A stretch of DNA of 64,000 nt, taken from assembly GCA_002774425.1 (NCBI GenBank), contig PEYJ01000009.1:3134-67133 (forward strand), given 5' to 3'. How positions within the stretch are numbered: position 1 is the first letter of the stretch; every line of letters begins with the position of its first letter. Positions 29,476 to 39,434 of this stretch are shown one piece after another. The stretch comes from Parcubacteria group bacterium CG08_land_8_20_14_0_20_48_21 (GTDB taxonomy: Bacteria > Patescibacteriota > Patescibacteriia > UBA1544). Under the pieces are notes generated by a model. That model was given only the letters and a program-made list of their open reading frames with translations. It ran no database searches and was not told where the DNA came from. The translations under genes were made by a program, and so were the position numbers.

Positions 29476-30777
29476 ATGACACATCGATTTTTTTCTCAAT
29501 CCAACACGGGCATGCTCCTTACAGGGAGTTTTTTTATCTTCTTTTTTGTGGTGCTCGGCATATTGAGCGTAGATAACGCGGCTTATGCGGCAACGGAAGT
29601 TTCTGCGCATGTTGCAACGCAATTACTTACACTACTCGCTCCCGAACAAGACGTTGTTTTGTATACCGCATCGTTTCTCATAACCGGTACCGCACCGCCT
29701 TCCGCCACGGTTGAAGTATATATTGATGGGACTCTTGACGGACAAGCAACGGTGGTTGGACGGGGAAACAAAGCCTACTATACCTACGAGTTGGCGCAAG
29801 GTGTTGAGAGCGGCGCACACACACTGTCGGTAAGCATACCGGGGATCGTCGTGTATCGTATTGATCAAAAATTTACAATCCAATCGGCGGTAGCGGTGCC
29901 ACTCATCCGCACCCCGGGACCGGGACTACTTCCGGATCCGGAGCCGGTAGTTTCCGGCATTGTGTCGTCGTATACCCGCGTGCGTCTGCTGGTAGACAAC
30001 CGGGTTCTGCAAGAAATAGCAGCCGAACCATCAGCACAAGCGTTAACCTCATTCGTTTTTGATAGAACACCCCCATTGCGTGTTGGCAAGCATACGATAG
30101 TTGCACAGGCGTTTCTTGACGCGGAACGAGCGAGTGATTTGAGCAAAGAAGTTCAGATCGAAGTTGTACCCTACTATCCCGCTCCAACACTACTGACCCC
30201 GGTTGTCAACACACAAACAACAATACAGCGTCCATGGTTGCAAGGGCTGGCGTTCAATGATGCGCGGGTCTACTTGGCGGTTGATGGAAAGTATCTTGGC
30301 GAATATGCGGTGGTGAATAGCGTTTCAGGCACCGCACACTTTTCCGTGCAGATGCCATACGCGCTTGCTCCGGGAGAACATATTTTGACCGCTCGTGCAA
30401 AAAATGCGAAAGGAAGTCTCATAAGCCCTACCTCTCGCCATACATTCACTATTGCACAGCCCCAAATTACAATCGGTGCGACTGAAACATCTCTGCCAAC
30501 AACAACTCTAACGAAAAAAACTTCTCTGCAGCAACAAGAGCAGAACGCAAGTCCAGAAACTGCTTCAACATTGGCAGGGACGGATCCTGCCAAGGATCCT
30601 ATTGCAACCTCAACCGCGGGTAGACTTGAGGAAAGTGCGCCACGCAAGTACAAGGGTATGGGATGGTGGATCATTCTTGCCGGTGTGGTGTTGCTGTTAT
30701 GGATTTGGTTTGGAGGATCATCATCCAATACTGATGGTACGGCAGAAGACGTATCATCTGACGATACAACATCCTAA
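29476..30777 (+). CDS. secreted / membrane-anchored repeat protein (N-terminal signal anchor, Ig-like repeats, Ser/Thr-rich linker, C-terminal TM)
   Basis: Signal/TM at N-terminus, repeated beta-rich ~90 aa segments, C-terminal WWIILAGVVLLLWIWF anchor. Confidence 0.5.
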   Translation: MTHRFFSQSNTGMLLTGSFFIFFFVVLGILSVDNAAYAATEVSAHVATQLLTLLAPEQDVVLYTASFLITGTAPPSATVEVYIDGTLDGQATVVGRGNKAYYTYELAQGVESGAHTLSVSIPGIVVYRIDQKFTIQSAVAVPLIRTPGPGLLPDPEPVVSGIVSSYTRVRLLVDNRVLQEIAAEPSAQALTSFVFDRTPPLRVGKHTIVAQAFLDAERASDLSKEVQIEVVPYYPAPTLLTPVVNTQTTIQRPWLQGLAFNDARVYLAVDGKYLGEYAVVNSVSGTAHFSVQMPYALAPGEHILTARAKNAKGSLISPTSRHTFTIAQPQITIGATETSLPTTTLTKKTSLQQQEQNASPETASTLAGTDPAKDPIATSTAGRLEESAPRKYKGMGWWIILAGVVLLLWIWFGGSSSNTDGTAEDVSSDDTTS

Positions 30778-31465
30778 GCACAAATCCACTTGCATTGGAG
30801 GGCGTATATTATAGATTCACCAGAACGACTCTCTTTTGATGTAGTTCTTTTACCGGATCAGTAGATGACTTTGAAGGTCGTTATGGCAAATACGGCGCTA
30901 TATTCCCGCTATCCAAAAGGAAGGATACGCTTGAGCTCCGTGATTGAAGGTATGGGCATACCGCACCTTACCATTTTTATGGGCTGCATCTCTGCAAAGG
31001 ACTTACCACTCCTTGAAAAGGAGCTGCTTACCATAAGCAGGCGGCATATTGCGCTACCCTCTGCGCAAATGCGACGTATGCGGACACACTATCAAACGGA
31101 GAAAAAGTTTCCGGTGTACGGGTAAAAATAACATCCGAGTTGCAACGAGTGCATGAAGACGTGGTGAATCGCTTTGCACCAATGTGTTACGACGAACACG
31201 CAACACTGGATACGCCCTACCCCCTCACCTGATCTGGAAGATATGACACTCCACTGGATCAACCGTTACGACCCATCTGCTACTCGCAAATTTTTTCCCG
31301 CGCATCACCACAGGGTTTGGCGAACACGAAGCAGGAGATATTTCTCTGCACACATGGTTTTTTGCACGGCACATCGCCGTGTGCCACTTGGAAAATTTCT
31401 GCACCTACAGAAAAAAACTACTTGAGGTACGCGTGAAGTCCTAAACAGTGTCACGCCCTTTCTGC

Positions 31466-31495
31466 AATGCGCATGACGCATTACTTTTTTATAGT
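31466..31495 (+). terminator. hairpin+T-tract (AATGCG-CATGA-CGCATT ACTTTTTTAT) in a gene-poor spacer
   Basis: 6-bp GC/AT stem with U-run; no convincing coding gene upstream. Confidence 0.35.
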
Positions 31496-31564
31496 GGCAT
31501 GTGAGGTAAGCACTATCATAAAGGCATGGGATGTAGGCAACCTTTCAATATTTTTACCAAGGCA

Positions 31565-31596
31565 TTGCAATTTTTTAAAAAGGATGCTACAATCAG
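31565..31596 (+). promoter_or_regulatory. nusA promoter TTGCAA-17-(TGC)TACAAT with extended -10
   Basis: -35 at 31565-31570, TGn at 31585-31587, -10 at 31588-31593, ~100 nt upstream of nusA. Confidence 0.6.
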
Positions 31597-31691
31597 TCAT
31601 ACTAGGATCATAATTGTGATGCTAGTTTTTTTGTGGGGAATGCATAACCCGATCATTCCCTAGAGTATATTCAATATTCTCCTATCTCTCT

Positions 31692-33071
31692 ATGACCTCA
31701 CCCATTGCAACCGCTATCCAGCAGATTTGCCATGAAAAAGGCATTTCCAAAGAAGCGGTCATTGAAACTATTGAGTCGGCGCTCGCCGCCGCCTTTCGCA
31801 AGGATTTTGGCAACAAGATGCAGAACATCAAAGTCCAGTTTGATATTGAAACGGGCCAGTCCCGGGTGTTTGATGTGAAAATGGTAGTAGAGGATCTTCC
31901 CGCAGAGGAGCGAGAGTTGTGGCTGAAAGGCGAATGGCCGCCGAAGTCGGAGGAAGAAAATGCCAGAGAACAAAAACCCGAGGGAAAAAGCAAAGAGGCA
32001 AAAATGGAGGACAGGAAAGCAAAGGAAAGCGATAAGCATGGTGTGACCGAAGGAGAAGAGGAAGAAGAAAAGCGTTTCAACCCAAAAACTGAAGTGCAAA
32101 TCACTGATGCGCAAGAGCAGCAAAAAGGCATCGCGCTTGGCGAAGAATTGGTTATGGAGCTTGATGTACCATCTACCTACGGTCGTATGGCGGCACAGAC
32201 GGCAAAACAAGTTATTATTCAAAAAATTCGCGAAGCGGAGCGCGTCATGATTTATGAAGACTTTAAGGATAAGGAGCATACGCTGATTACGGGGGTCGTG
32301 CATCGGCGTGATGCGCGGGGTGTATTAATTGATCTGGGACGCGCGAATGGCGTGCTACCGTATGATCACCAAATTCCCGGAGAGCGCTACAATCAAGGAT
32401 CGCGCATCAAGGCGTATGTGACGGCAATTGAAATGACGCCAAAAGGTCCGCAAATATTACTTTCTCGCACCAACACGGAAATAGTGCGGGAATTATTCGC
32501 GACTGAAATACCGGAAGTAGGCAGCGAGGCGATTCTCATTCGCGCAATTGCGCGCGAACCCGGGGCACGATCCAAAGTTGCGGTTGAATCCACACAGGAC
32601 TCCATTGACCCCATAGGCTCCTGCGTAGGGCAGCGTGGCAGCCGTATCCAAACCATCATTTCCGAATTGGGTGGCGAAAAGATTGATATCATTGAATATA
32701 ACGAAAGTCCGACTACGTATATCGCTAACGCGCTTTCCCCCGCAAAGACCATACGGGTTGAGGTGGATGCAGCGTACAAAATTGCAAAAGTAACGGTCAA
32801 GGAAGATCAGCTCTCACTGGCAATTGGTCGTGAAGGACAAAACGTGCGGCTTGCCGCGCAGCTTACGGGTTGGAAGATTGATATTGTTGGAGAAGATGGT
32901 GCAATGACGGAAGAAGTTGCTTCAGCCGATGAACAAACAACGCCGACATCTTCAGAAGAAAAAAATACACAACCCGATCAGGTTGAAAAAGAAATAACGG
33001 AAAACGATAAAGAACTATCTGCTGACGCATCTCAACAAAAAAAGAAAAAGAAAAAAGACGCAAAAGCGTAA
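31692..33071 (+). CDS. nusA: transcription termination/antitermination factor NusA, with ~55 aa E/K-rich insertion in the N-terminal domain and K-rich C-terminal tail
   Basis: NusA NTD, S1 (TGVVHRRDARGVLIDLG) and two KH domains (DPIGSCVGQRGSRIQ; LAIGREGQNVRLAAQLTGW); insertion at about residues 66-125. Confidence 0.88.
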   Translation: MTSPIATAIQQICHEKGISKEAVIETIESALAAAFRKDFGNKMQNIKVQFDIETGQSRVFDVKMVVEDLPAEERELWLKGEWPPKSEEENAREQKPEGKSKEAKMEDRKAKESDKHGVTEGEEEEEKRFNPKTEVQITDAQEQQKGIALGEELVMELDVPSTYGRMAAQTAKQVIIQKIREAERVMIYEDFKDKEHTLITGVVHRRDARGVLIDLGRANGVLPYDHQIPGERYNQGSRIKAYVTAIEMTPKGPQILLSRTNTEIVRELFATEIPEVGSEAILIRAIAREPGARSKVAVESTQDSIDPIGSCVGQRGSRIQTIISELGGEKIDIIEYNESPTTYIANALSPAKTIRVEVDAAYKIAKVTVKEDQLSLAIGREGQNVRLAAQLTGWKIDIVGEDGAMTEEVASADEQTTPTSSEEKNTQPDQVEKEITENDKELSADASQQKKKKKKDAKA

Positions 33072-33103
33072 TTTCCCCCTAACGTTTAGTTGCTTATGCA
33101 TTA

Positions 33104-35122
33104 ATGCTTTTTTGTATGTCATTCTACATTATTTTTACACTCATTGCTTCGCTACTGGCTATTGTTTATGGTGTGGTACTCGCGCGTGCTATTTTGAAAA
33201 AACCGGCGGGGTCAGAACGTATGCAGGAAATCGCACATGCCATACAAATTGGCGCCGCAGCCTATCTCAACCGACAGTATAAAACCATAGGTGTAGTGGC
33301 GGTGGTATTGTTTTTGGTTTTAGGATTCTTTCTCAATTGGATGACCGCTGTAGCATTTGTAGTCGGCGCGGTTCTTTCAGGAGCGGCGGGCTACATTGGC
33401 ATGTTCGTTTCGGTACGCGCAAATGTACGCACAGCCGAACAGGCGCGCAATGGACTTGCCGCGGCATTTGACGTGGCGACGAAGGGAGGCGCGGTTACAG
33501 GGCTTCTAGTCGTCGGTTTGGGACTTTTGGGAGTTTCCGGATTTTTTGCGCTGACGCATGACCCCAAAGCTTTAATTGGTTTGGGATTCGGAGGATCACT
33601 CATATCCATTTTTGCGCGCTTGGGCGGCGGAATTTTTACCAAGGCCGCAGACGTTGGTGCTGACTTGGTAGGGAAGGTTGAGGCGGGTATTCCCGAAGAT
33701 GATCCGCGCAATCCTGCCGTGATTGCCGATAACGTTGGCGATAATGTGGGCGATTGCGCTGGTATGGCGGCGGATCTGTTTGAAACGTATGCGGTTACTT
33801 CTATCGCGACCATGTTATTGGGGTCTCTTGTTTTTCAGGGAAATGAAAATGCCATTCTGTATCCGTTGGTATTGGGCGGTGTTTCCATCATCGCGTCAAT
33901 TATTGGCACTTTTTTTATAAAAATAGGCGCATCCGGCAACATCATGGGAGGCTTATACAAAGGACTAATTGCGAGCGGCATTATTTCGGCGGTGCTCTTT
34001 TGGCCGGTAACCAAGCGGATGTTTCCGGAAGATTTATATGATTTTTCTACCGTGGAACTGTATGCGGCGGCACTTGTAGGTCTCGTGATCACCGCTCTGC
34101 TCGTGGTGCTGACCGAATATTATACTTCAACAAAATATAAGCCGGTGCGCTCAATCGCCGAGGCCTCAACAACGGGACATGGTACCAACATTATTACCGG
34201 ACTCGGCGTTAGCATGAAAGCAACCGTTTTGCCGGTTGTCGTGATTGCGGCGGGAATCTGGACAAGTTTTTATTTTGCGGGTATGTATGGCATTGCCATC
34301 GCTGCGATGAGCATGCTCTCCATGGCAGGGATTATTGTGGCAATTGACGCTTATGGTCCCATTACCGACAACGCTGGCGGTATCGCCGAAATGGCGGAAT
34401 TACCCGAGGAAGTACGTGCGGTAACCGACCCTCTGGATGCTGTGGGGAACACCACAAAAGCTATAACCAAGGGCTACGCCATAGGATCGGCGGGACTTGC
34501 AACCCTCGTGTTGTTTGGATCGTATACCCAGGAGTTTATTGATTTGGGCAAGCAGTTGACCTTTCAATTGAGCGATCCGAAAGTTATTATCGGTTTGTTC
34601 ATCGGCGGTATGTTGCCGTATCTCTTTGGAGCGCTTGCAATGGAGGCGGTAGGAAAAACCGCAGGAAAGGTGGTGGATGAGGTGCGGCGGCAATTCAAGG
34701 AGAAGCCGGGCATCATGCAAGGAACGGAAAAACCCGATTACGCGCGGACAGTGGATATGGTGACTAAAGATGCTATTCAGCAGATGATTGTACCAGCACT
34801 CATTCCCGTACTTGCGCCCATAGCCATCCTCTTAATTTTTGGCAAGAGCGCGTCCATTGTTATTGGCGGTATGTTGATTGGGGCCATTCTTACAGGAATT
34901 TTTATTGCAATATCTATGACCTCGGGCGGCGGTGCGTGGGACAATGCGAAAAAATATATTGAGGAGGGAAATTTCGGCGGCAAAGGTTCTCCGGCGCATG
35001 CGGCGGCAGTAACGGGTGATACGGTGGGCGACCCTTACAAAGACACGGCAGGACCCGCGATCAATCCGATGATTAAAATTCTCAACATCATGGCATTGTT
35101 GATGGTGGCATTTTTGGTATAG
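33104..35122 (+). CDS. hppA: membrane-bound proton/sodium-translocating pyrophosphatase (V-type PPase)
   Basis: Signature [41 protein letters not shown] and C-terminal [13 protein letters not shown] motifs; 15-16 TM. Confidence 0.95.
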   Translation: MLFCMSFYIIFTLIASLLAIVYGVVLARAILKKPAGSERMQEIAHAIQIGAAAYLNRQYKTIGVVAVVLFLVLGFFLNWMTAVAFVVGAVLSGAAGYIGMFVSVRANVRTAEQARNGLAAAFDVATKGGAVTGLLVVGLGLLGVSGFFALTHDPKALIGLGFGGSLISIFARLGGGIFTKAADVGADLVGKVEAGIPEDDPRNPAVIADNVGDNVGDCAGMAADLFETYAVTSIATMLLGSLVFQGNENAILYPLVLGGVSIIASIIGTFFIKIGASGNIMGGLYKGLIASGIISAVLFWPVTKRMFPEDLYDFSTVELYAAALVGLVITALLVVLTEYYTSTKYKPVRSIAEASTTGHGTNIITGLGVSMKATVLPVVVIAAGIWTSFYFAGMYGIAIAAMSMLSMAGIIVAIDAYGPITDNAGGIAEMAELPEEVRAVTDPLDAVGNTTKAITKGYAIGSAGLATLVLFGSYTQEFIDLGKQLTFQLSDPKVIIGLFIGGMLPYLFGALAMEAVGKTAGKVVDEVRRQFKEKPGIMQGTEKPDYARTVDMVTKDAIQQMIVPALIPVLAPIAILLIFGKSASIVIGGMLIGAILTGIFIAISMTSGGGAWDNAKKYIEEGNFGGKGSPAHAAAVTGDTVGDPYKDTAGPAINPMIKILNIMALLMVAFLV

Positions 35123-35138
35123 AGCTTACAGGGTGTTC

Positions 35139-35200
35139 ACCCCACGCTAGCTTATAGAAAAAACCCCGCAATCCGCCAGTAGGTGGAGTGGGGATTTTGT
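35139..35200 (+). terminator. hppA terminator (long-range hairpin CACCCCAC...GTGGAGTGGGG + TTTTGT)
   Basis: Seen directly downstream of the hppA stop codon. Confidence 0.45.
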
Positions 35201-35275
35201 ATGATCAAAGTGCATCACCATCTGACGGCTTTCATAGAATGATTATTTTTTTATTGTAGTGATATGGGGGTTTGA

Positions 35276-35863
35276 TTGCCGATTTTTGATGTCCGGGTCA
35301 TTCGTTCATTGCGTTCCGTTGTGTTGTTGACAAAACGGCAAGGGGGGAGGGGTATGATAAAGGGAGAATTATTTTTTAATCCATACTTTATGACTCCAAG
35401 AAAATCAGGAGAGATGCCGTCGCCTGAAGAACAGGCAGAGATATCAAAAGAGAGAATTTATCACGATGACCTGCTACTCAATGATGGGGAATATAAATCC
35501 CAATATCATGTTGACGAACATGGCAATGCTGTATTACGTCCTACGCCAAAACAGATTGAATCGATGAGAAAATTTGATTCTTGGAAAGAAAAGCCAAGAG
35601 AGTACGGAAAGACTTTTTATAAAGAGTTGGAAGGGGTGCAAGATTTTATGGATATAAATATAAGTATGGACAAACAAGAAGACCGAAGTTCTGGAATAAA
35701 CGTTGCAGAGTCTAATCTTTATTCAAAAGAATTGTCTGTATCACTTTTCACTGATACCGAACAAGATGGTAAAATAAAGAACTACCAAGTATTTATGAGC
35801 GGCAATGATGAATATGCGTTTTTTTGTGCTTCAAATTTTAAGTTTTACGTTTTAGAATTTTAG
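35276..35863 (+). CDS. hypothetical protein, AT-rich ORFan (possible start at MIKGELFF, 35354)
   Basis: Single long ORF in an AT-rich segment; K/E-rich; no homology recognised. Confidence 0.4.
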   Translation: MPIFDVRVIRSLRSVVLLTKRQGGRGMIKGELFFNPYFMTPRKSGEMPSPEEQAEISKERIYHDDLLLNDGEYKSQYHVDEHGNAVLRPTPKQIESMRKFDSWKEKPREYGKTFYKELEGVQDFMDINISMDKQEDRSSGINVAESNLYSKELSVSLFTDTEQDGKIKNYQVFMSGNDEYAFFCASNFKFYVLEF

Positions 35864-36549
35864 CCGTAGTACTTCTCCGTATAAAACCGCAGGAGCTGCT
35901 CCACCTCTGGAATACAGGTGGGATCGCCTGTGCCGACTTTGGTTTTCTTCTGCACTTTTTCCAGCGTATCAGCTCCTTCCAATACCGCTTCTTCAATATC
36001 CTTGTTGGTAATATGCAGCACCTTATCAATGACTTTAGCACCTTCCACCACAATGCGCGTGTGCTGGTTCGTGTTTTTAAAATAGTCGTTGATGGCCATG
36101 CGCAGTGCTTTGTCGCCCAAGACCGAGCAATGGATTTTACGGGTGGGAAGCCCACCCAAGCGTTCTTGTATGTGCTGCGGACGTATCCCCATGGCTTCAG
36201 CAAGCGTCATCCCCTCGTTTTCCGATACCATGACCGACATGACGCTCGTTGCGGCAATGGCGGAGCCACAGCCAAACGTCTGCCACTTGCACTCTTTGAT
36301 GCGCTCGGTTTTAGGATCCACCTTAATCCAGACTTTCATCATATCGCCACACGCGGGAGACCCCACAAAGCCCTTGCCGTCTGCCGGATACTCCTCGCCT
36401 TCGTTTAACATGAGTAAGTTGCGCGGATGGAAAAAGTGGTCTTTTACCTCTTTGGTGTAGACCCAGGTTTCACCGGTGTACGCATCGCGAATCTCGGTTT
36501 GCATACCGGAGACTTTTTTCTTTCCCTTGGTAGTTAGGTGATTTTGCAT
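35860..36549 (-). CDS. nifU: Fe-S cluster assembly scaffold, NifU-type (IscU-like N-domain plus BFD-like [2Fe-2S] domain)
   Basis: Conserved Cys motifs GSPACGDMMKVWIKV, FGCGSAIA, HCSVLG; C-terminal CxxC-containing domain. Confidence 0.8.
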   Translation of the reverse strand: MQNHLTTKGKKKVSGMQTEIRDAYTGETWVYTKEVKDHFFHPRNLLMLNEGEEYPADGKGFVGSPACGDMMKVWIKVDPKTERIKECKWQTFGCGSAIAATSVMSVMVSENEGMTLAEAMGIRPQHIQERLGGLPTRKIHCSVLGDKALRMAINDYFKNTNQHTRIVVEGAKVIDKVLHITNKDIEEAVLEGADTLEKVQKKTKVGTGDPTCIPEVEQLLRFYTEKYYG

Positions 36550-36621
36550 AATAATAGCACAGAAAGAATCAATAGGCAGACTTTGTAGATTCCGAGGACT
36601 TACGAAGTCAAAACATTGGAT

Positions 36622-37827
36622 TTATCTTTGATGCACTTTCGGGTGATTGGCGTATTTCGGATCAAGGTGCAGATGCACGGGTGAGATGGCGCGCAGGCGT
36701 TCAACGATTGGCGGCATAATGTTGAGCACATAGTCTAAATCTTTTTTGGTTGTTGCGTGCCCCAGCGTAAAACGAATACTCCCGTGCGCAAATTCATACG
36801 GTAAACCCATGGCGGTAATGACGTGTGAGGGATCCAGCGTGGTGGATGTACACGCGGAACCCGTAGAGCAGGCAACACCTTTTGCATCCATATAGAGAAG
36901 GAATGCTTCACCCTCAATGTCCATAATGGTAACATTGACATTATTTGGGAGACGTTCAGTGGGGTGGCCGTTCAGGCGGGTTTTGGGAATGGTGGTGAGG
37001 ATGCCCTGCATAAAATAGTCGCGCAGTTTCGTGAGCCGCTCATTTTCCCGTTCCCGATTATCTTGCGCGAGAAGCAATGCTTTTGCAAGCCCGACGATTA
37101 ACGGAACGTTCTCGGTGCCGCTGCGCAAATTTTTTTCCTGCCCGCCGCCAAAGATAATTGACTGCAGTGCCACGCCTCTTCGCGCATAGAGCGCGCCAAC
37201 GCCTTTGGGGCCGTAGAGTTTACTGCCATTGATGGTGAGTAAATCAACATGGAGTTTGCGCACATCCAAATCCAACGCCCCTGCCGCTTGGCACGCATCC
37301 GTGTGCATGAGCGCGCCATTTTTTTGTACGATTTTGCCTATAGCGTTAAGGGGATTGATGGTACCCACTTCGTTATTGGCATACATGACGGAAACGAGTA
37401 TCGTATCATCGCGCAGCAACGCCTCTATGGTTTTTGGCTGTACCTGCCCAAGCGCATCCACCGGAGCGTAGCTGACCTCAAAGCCTTCTTTTTCCAATTG
37501 TTCAGCCGGATGCAGTACGGCGTGGTGCTCCACAGCCGAAACAATAATATGTTTGCCCTTTTTTTTATTGGCACGCGCAACGCCGAGGATTGCGAGATTA
37601 TCGCTTTCGGTACCGGATCCGGTAAAGATGATTTCTTCGGGATTTGCGGCATGCACAATATCGGCAATGATTTTGCGTGTGGCATCCAGCGTTAATTTTG
37701 CCCGCAGCCCTTTTGCGTACAATCCTCCGGGATTTCCGTAGTTTTCCGTAAAGTAGGGCAACATGGCTTCTACGACCTGCGGATCGGTCGGCGTGGTTGC
37801 GGCGTGATCAAGATATATGTACTGCAT
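36622..37827 (-). CDS. nifS: cysteine desulfurase (NifS/IscS class V aminotransferase)
   Basis: PLP-binding region ...INGSKLYGPKGVGALY..., active-site Cys loop SGSACTS. Confidence 0.9.
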   Translation of the reverse strand: MQYIYLDHAATTPTDPQVVEAMLPYFTENYGNPGGLYAKGLRAKLTLDATRKIIADIVHAANPEEIIFTGSGTESDNLAILGVARANKKKGKHIIVSAVEHHAVLHPAEQLEKEGFEVSYAPVDALGQVQPKTIEALLRDDTILVSVMYANNEVGTINPLNAIGKIVQKNGALMHTDACQAAGALDLDVRKLHVDLLTINGSKLYGPKGVGALYARRGVALQSIIFGGGQEKNLRSGTENVPLIVGLAKALLLAQDNRERENERLTKLRDYFMQGILTTIPKTRLNGHPTERLPNNVNVTIMDIEGEAFLLYMDAKGVACSTGSACTSTTLDPSHVITAMGLPYEFAHGSIRFTLGHATTKKDLDYVLNIMPPIVERLRAISPVHLHLDPKYANHPKVHQR

Positions 37828-37882
37828 ATGCGATTGTTGGACTTCGCAAGTCCAACGGACTTACGAAGTCGGTAGATTGATG

Positions 37883-38296
37883 CTACGAACTACTTTTTAT
37901 GATATCTGCAAGTGTCGTATCGCCCAGAAGATCACTGATGTTTGTTTTGAGTTTTTCCCACTCGCTCTTTGTGCCACAGATATGCTGTGTCGGACACGCT
38001 CGCCCATCACGAGTACAGGGTGCTATGGCAATTGGTCCGTCCAAAATCTCCACTATTTCTTTAAGGGTAATGGTGTTGGATTTTCGCGCAAGCGCGTAAC
38101 CGCCGCCAAGACCTTCTTTGCTCACGACAAGCCGCGCTTGTTTCAAATGGCGCACGATCTGGGCGAGAAAAGAGTAAGGCAGTCTCTTGTGCTTGGAGAT
38201 GGCGCGCAATGACAGCGGGCTTCCCTTGGCGTTTTCCGCAAGTGCTGTCATAAGCACCACCCCATAATCAGCTTTTGTTGATATACCAAAACTCAT
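37883..38296 (-). CDS. iscR: Rrf2-family transcriptional regulator (IscR-like, three Cys)
   Basis: wHTH PLSLRAISKHKRLPYSFLAQIVRHLKQARLVVSKEGLGGGYALAR; Cys cluster C-x6-C-x5-C; start taken at MSFGISTK. Confidence 0.78.
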   Translation of the reverse strand: MSFGISTKADYGVVLMTALAENAKGSPLSLRAISKHKRLPYSFLAQIVRHLKQARLVVSKEGLGGGYALARKSNTITLKEIVEILDGPIAIAPCTRDGRACPTQHICGTKSEWEKLKTNISDLLGDTTLADIIKSSS

Positions 38297-38365
38297 ACGT
38301 ATATGTAATGAGTTTAGCATAAAAAAAATAAAGGTCAAGACTAACGAACCACGTGCTTTTCTATG

Positions 38366-39334
38366 CTATACAGTATGTGCAAGTGTTTCTTTTACAATAC
38401 TTACCACCTCGTCTAGCGTAAGCCGTGTTGGGGGAATGGTGCCGGGATTAACGCCACCATTCTGTATCGTATTTGCCGCGATGTCGTAAAACCACTCTGG
38501 CACTTCCGCAATTCTTCCGGCAGCAATAAGCCTATCATCCGACGGCAAGATAGCATTGCCTTGTTTTCGTATCTCAAAAACGCGAATCTGATAAATAAAC
38601 GCCCGCAAGTTTACCTTTCTTGCTTGTTTGGTAATAATATTGATATGACCGGATGATCGTCTTTGCACAACAAGGTCAATCATCTTTGCCGCACGCACGA
38701 ATCCCGCAAGGGCTATATCATCGGAAGTAATTTGCGCGATTTTAATTTTTCTTTTTCCTTGCCGCACCACATGCACTTTTGCCTCACCGGTTTGCAAAAG
38801 ATTATCCCATGTTTTTGGTAATTCAATATTACGTCGCATTTCTTCTTGTACATGCACATTCAAGATTGGGAAGAGTATCTCAAGAATCTTCTTGGGTTCA
38901 GCGAAGTACTGTCTGTTGAGATTCATAATAATGCCGGATAGACCAAACGCGCGGTCAAGCGGATCATCGCTGATTGTTCCTTTGCCATCCAAATCATCGC
39001 GTTTCGCCCAGGCGAGTATCTTCTTAAATACCACATTATCTTCAATGCCAAGATGCAGTGCCACAAGTGTTGCCACCGATTCTTTTTTTTCATGCCGTTC
39101 GTTATATGCATGATGGTCAAAACGTCCACCACCTAAGTCAAGAACGATAACTCCCCCTTGTTCAAAATCATGCGGAGTTTTTCCTTCAGGAAGTTCGGTC
39201 AGAAATGCAAAGTTTGCTTTTTCAATTCCGGGAAACATCTTGCCTCCAAAATTTTTGAGAAGATACGCCGCAACGGTGGTATCAGCTTGAATTTTTGGAA
39301 AGAGAATGATTTTTGAAAAATTTTTTGTGTGCAT
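38366..39334 (-). CDS. hypothetical protein, unknown family with LDLGGGRFDHH motif (possible metal-dependent phosphoesterase); paralog of the next gene
   Basis: 322 aa ORF; DHH tripeptide preceded by a GGG loop; clear sequence similarity to 39435..40484. Confidence 0.5.
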   Translation of the reverse strand: MHTKNFSKIILFPKIQADTTVAAYLLKNFGGKMFPGIEKANFAFLTELPEGKTPHDFEQGGVIVLDLGGGRFDHHAYNERHEKKESVATLVALHLGIEDNVVFKKILAWAKRDDLDGKGTISDDPLDRAFGLSGIIMNLNRQYFAEPKKILEILFPILNVHVQEEMRRNIELPKTWDNLLQTGEAKVHVVRQGKRKIKIAQITSDDIALAGFVRAAKMIDLVVQRRSSGHINIITKQARKVNLRAFIYQIRVFEIRKQGNAILPSDDRLIAAGRIAEVPEWFYDIAANTIQNGGVNPGTIPPTRLTLDEVVSIVKETLAHTV

Positions 39335-39393
39335 ATATTGTTATACTACGCGTTTTTTATTGCATGCACAAGACTGCGAAAGAAATATAGATG

Positions 39394-39421
39394 CCCCCGT
39401 CCGATGAAAATCAGACGGGGG
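39394..39421 (-). terminator. rho-independent terminator of the upstream paralog (CCCCCGTC-12 nt-GACGGGGG, U-tract on minus strand)
   Basis: 8-bp GC stem followed on the minus strand by ATCTATATTTCTTT. Confidence 0.55.
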
Positions 39422-39434
39422 CGTTGGTTTGTCT

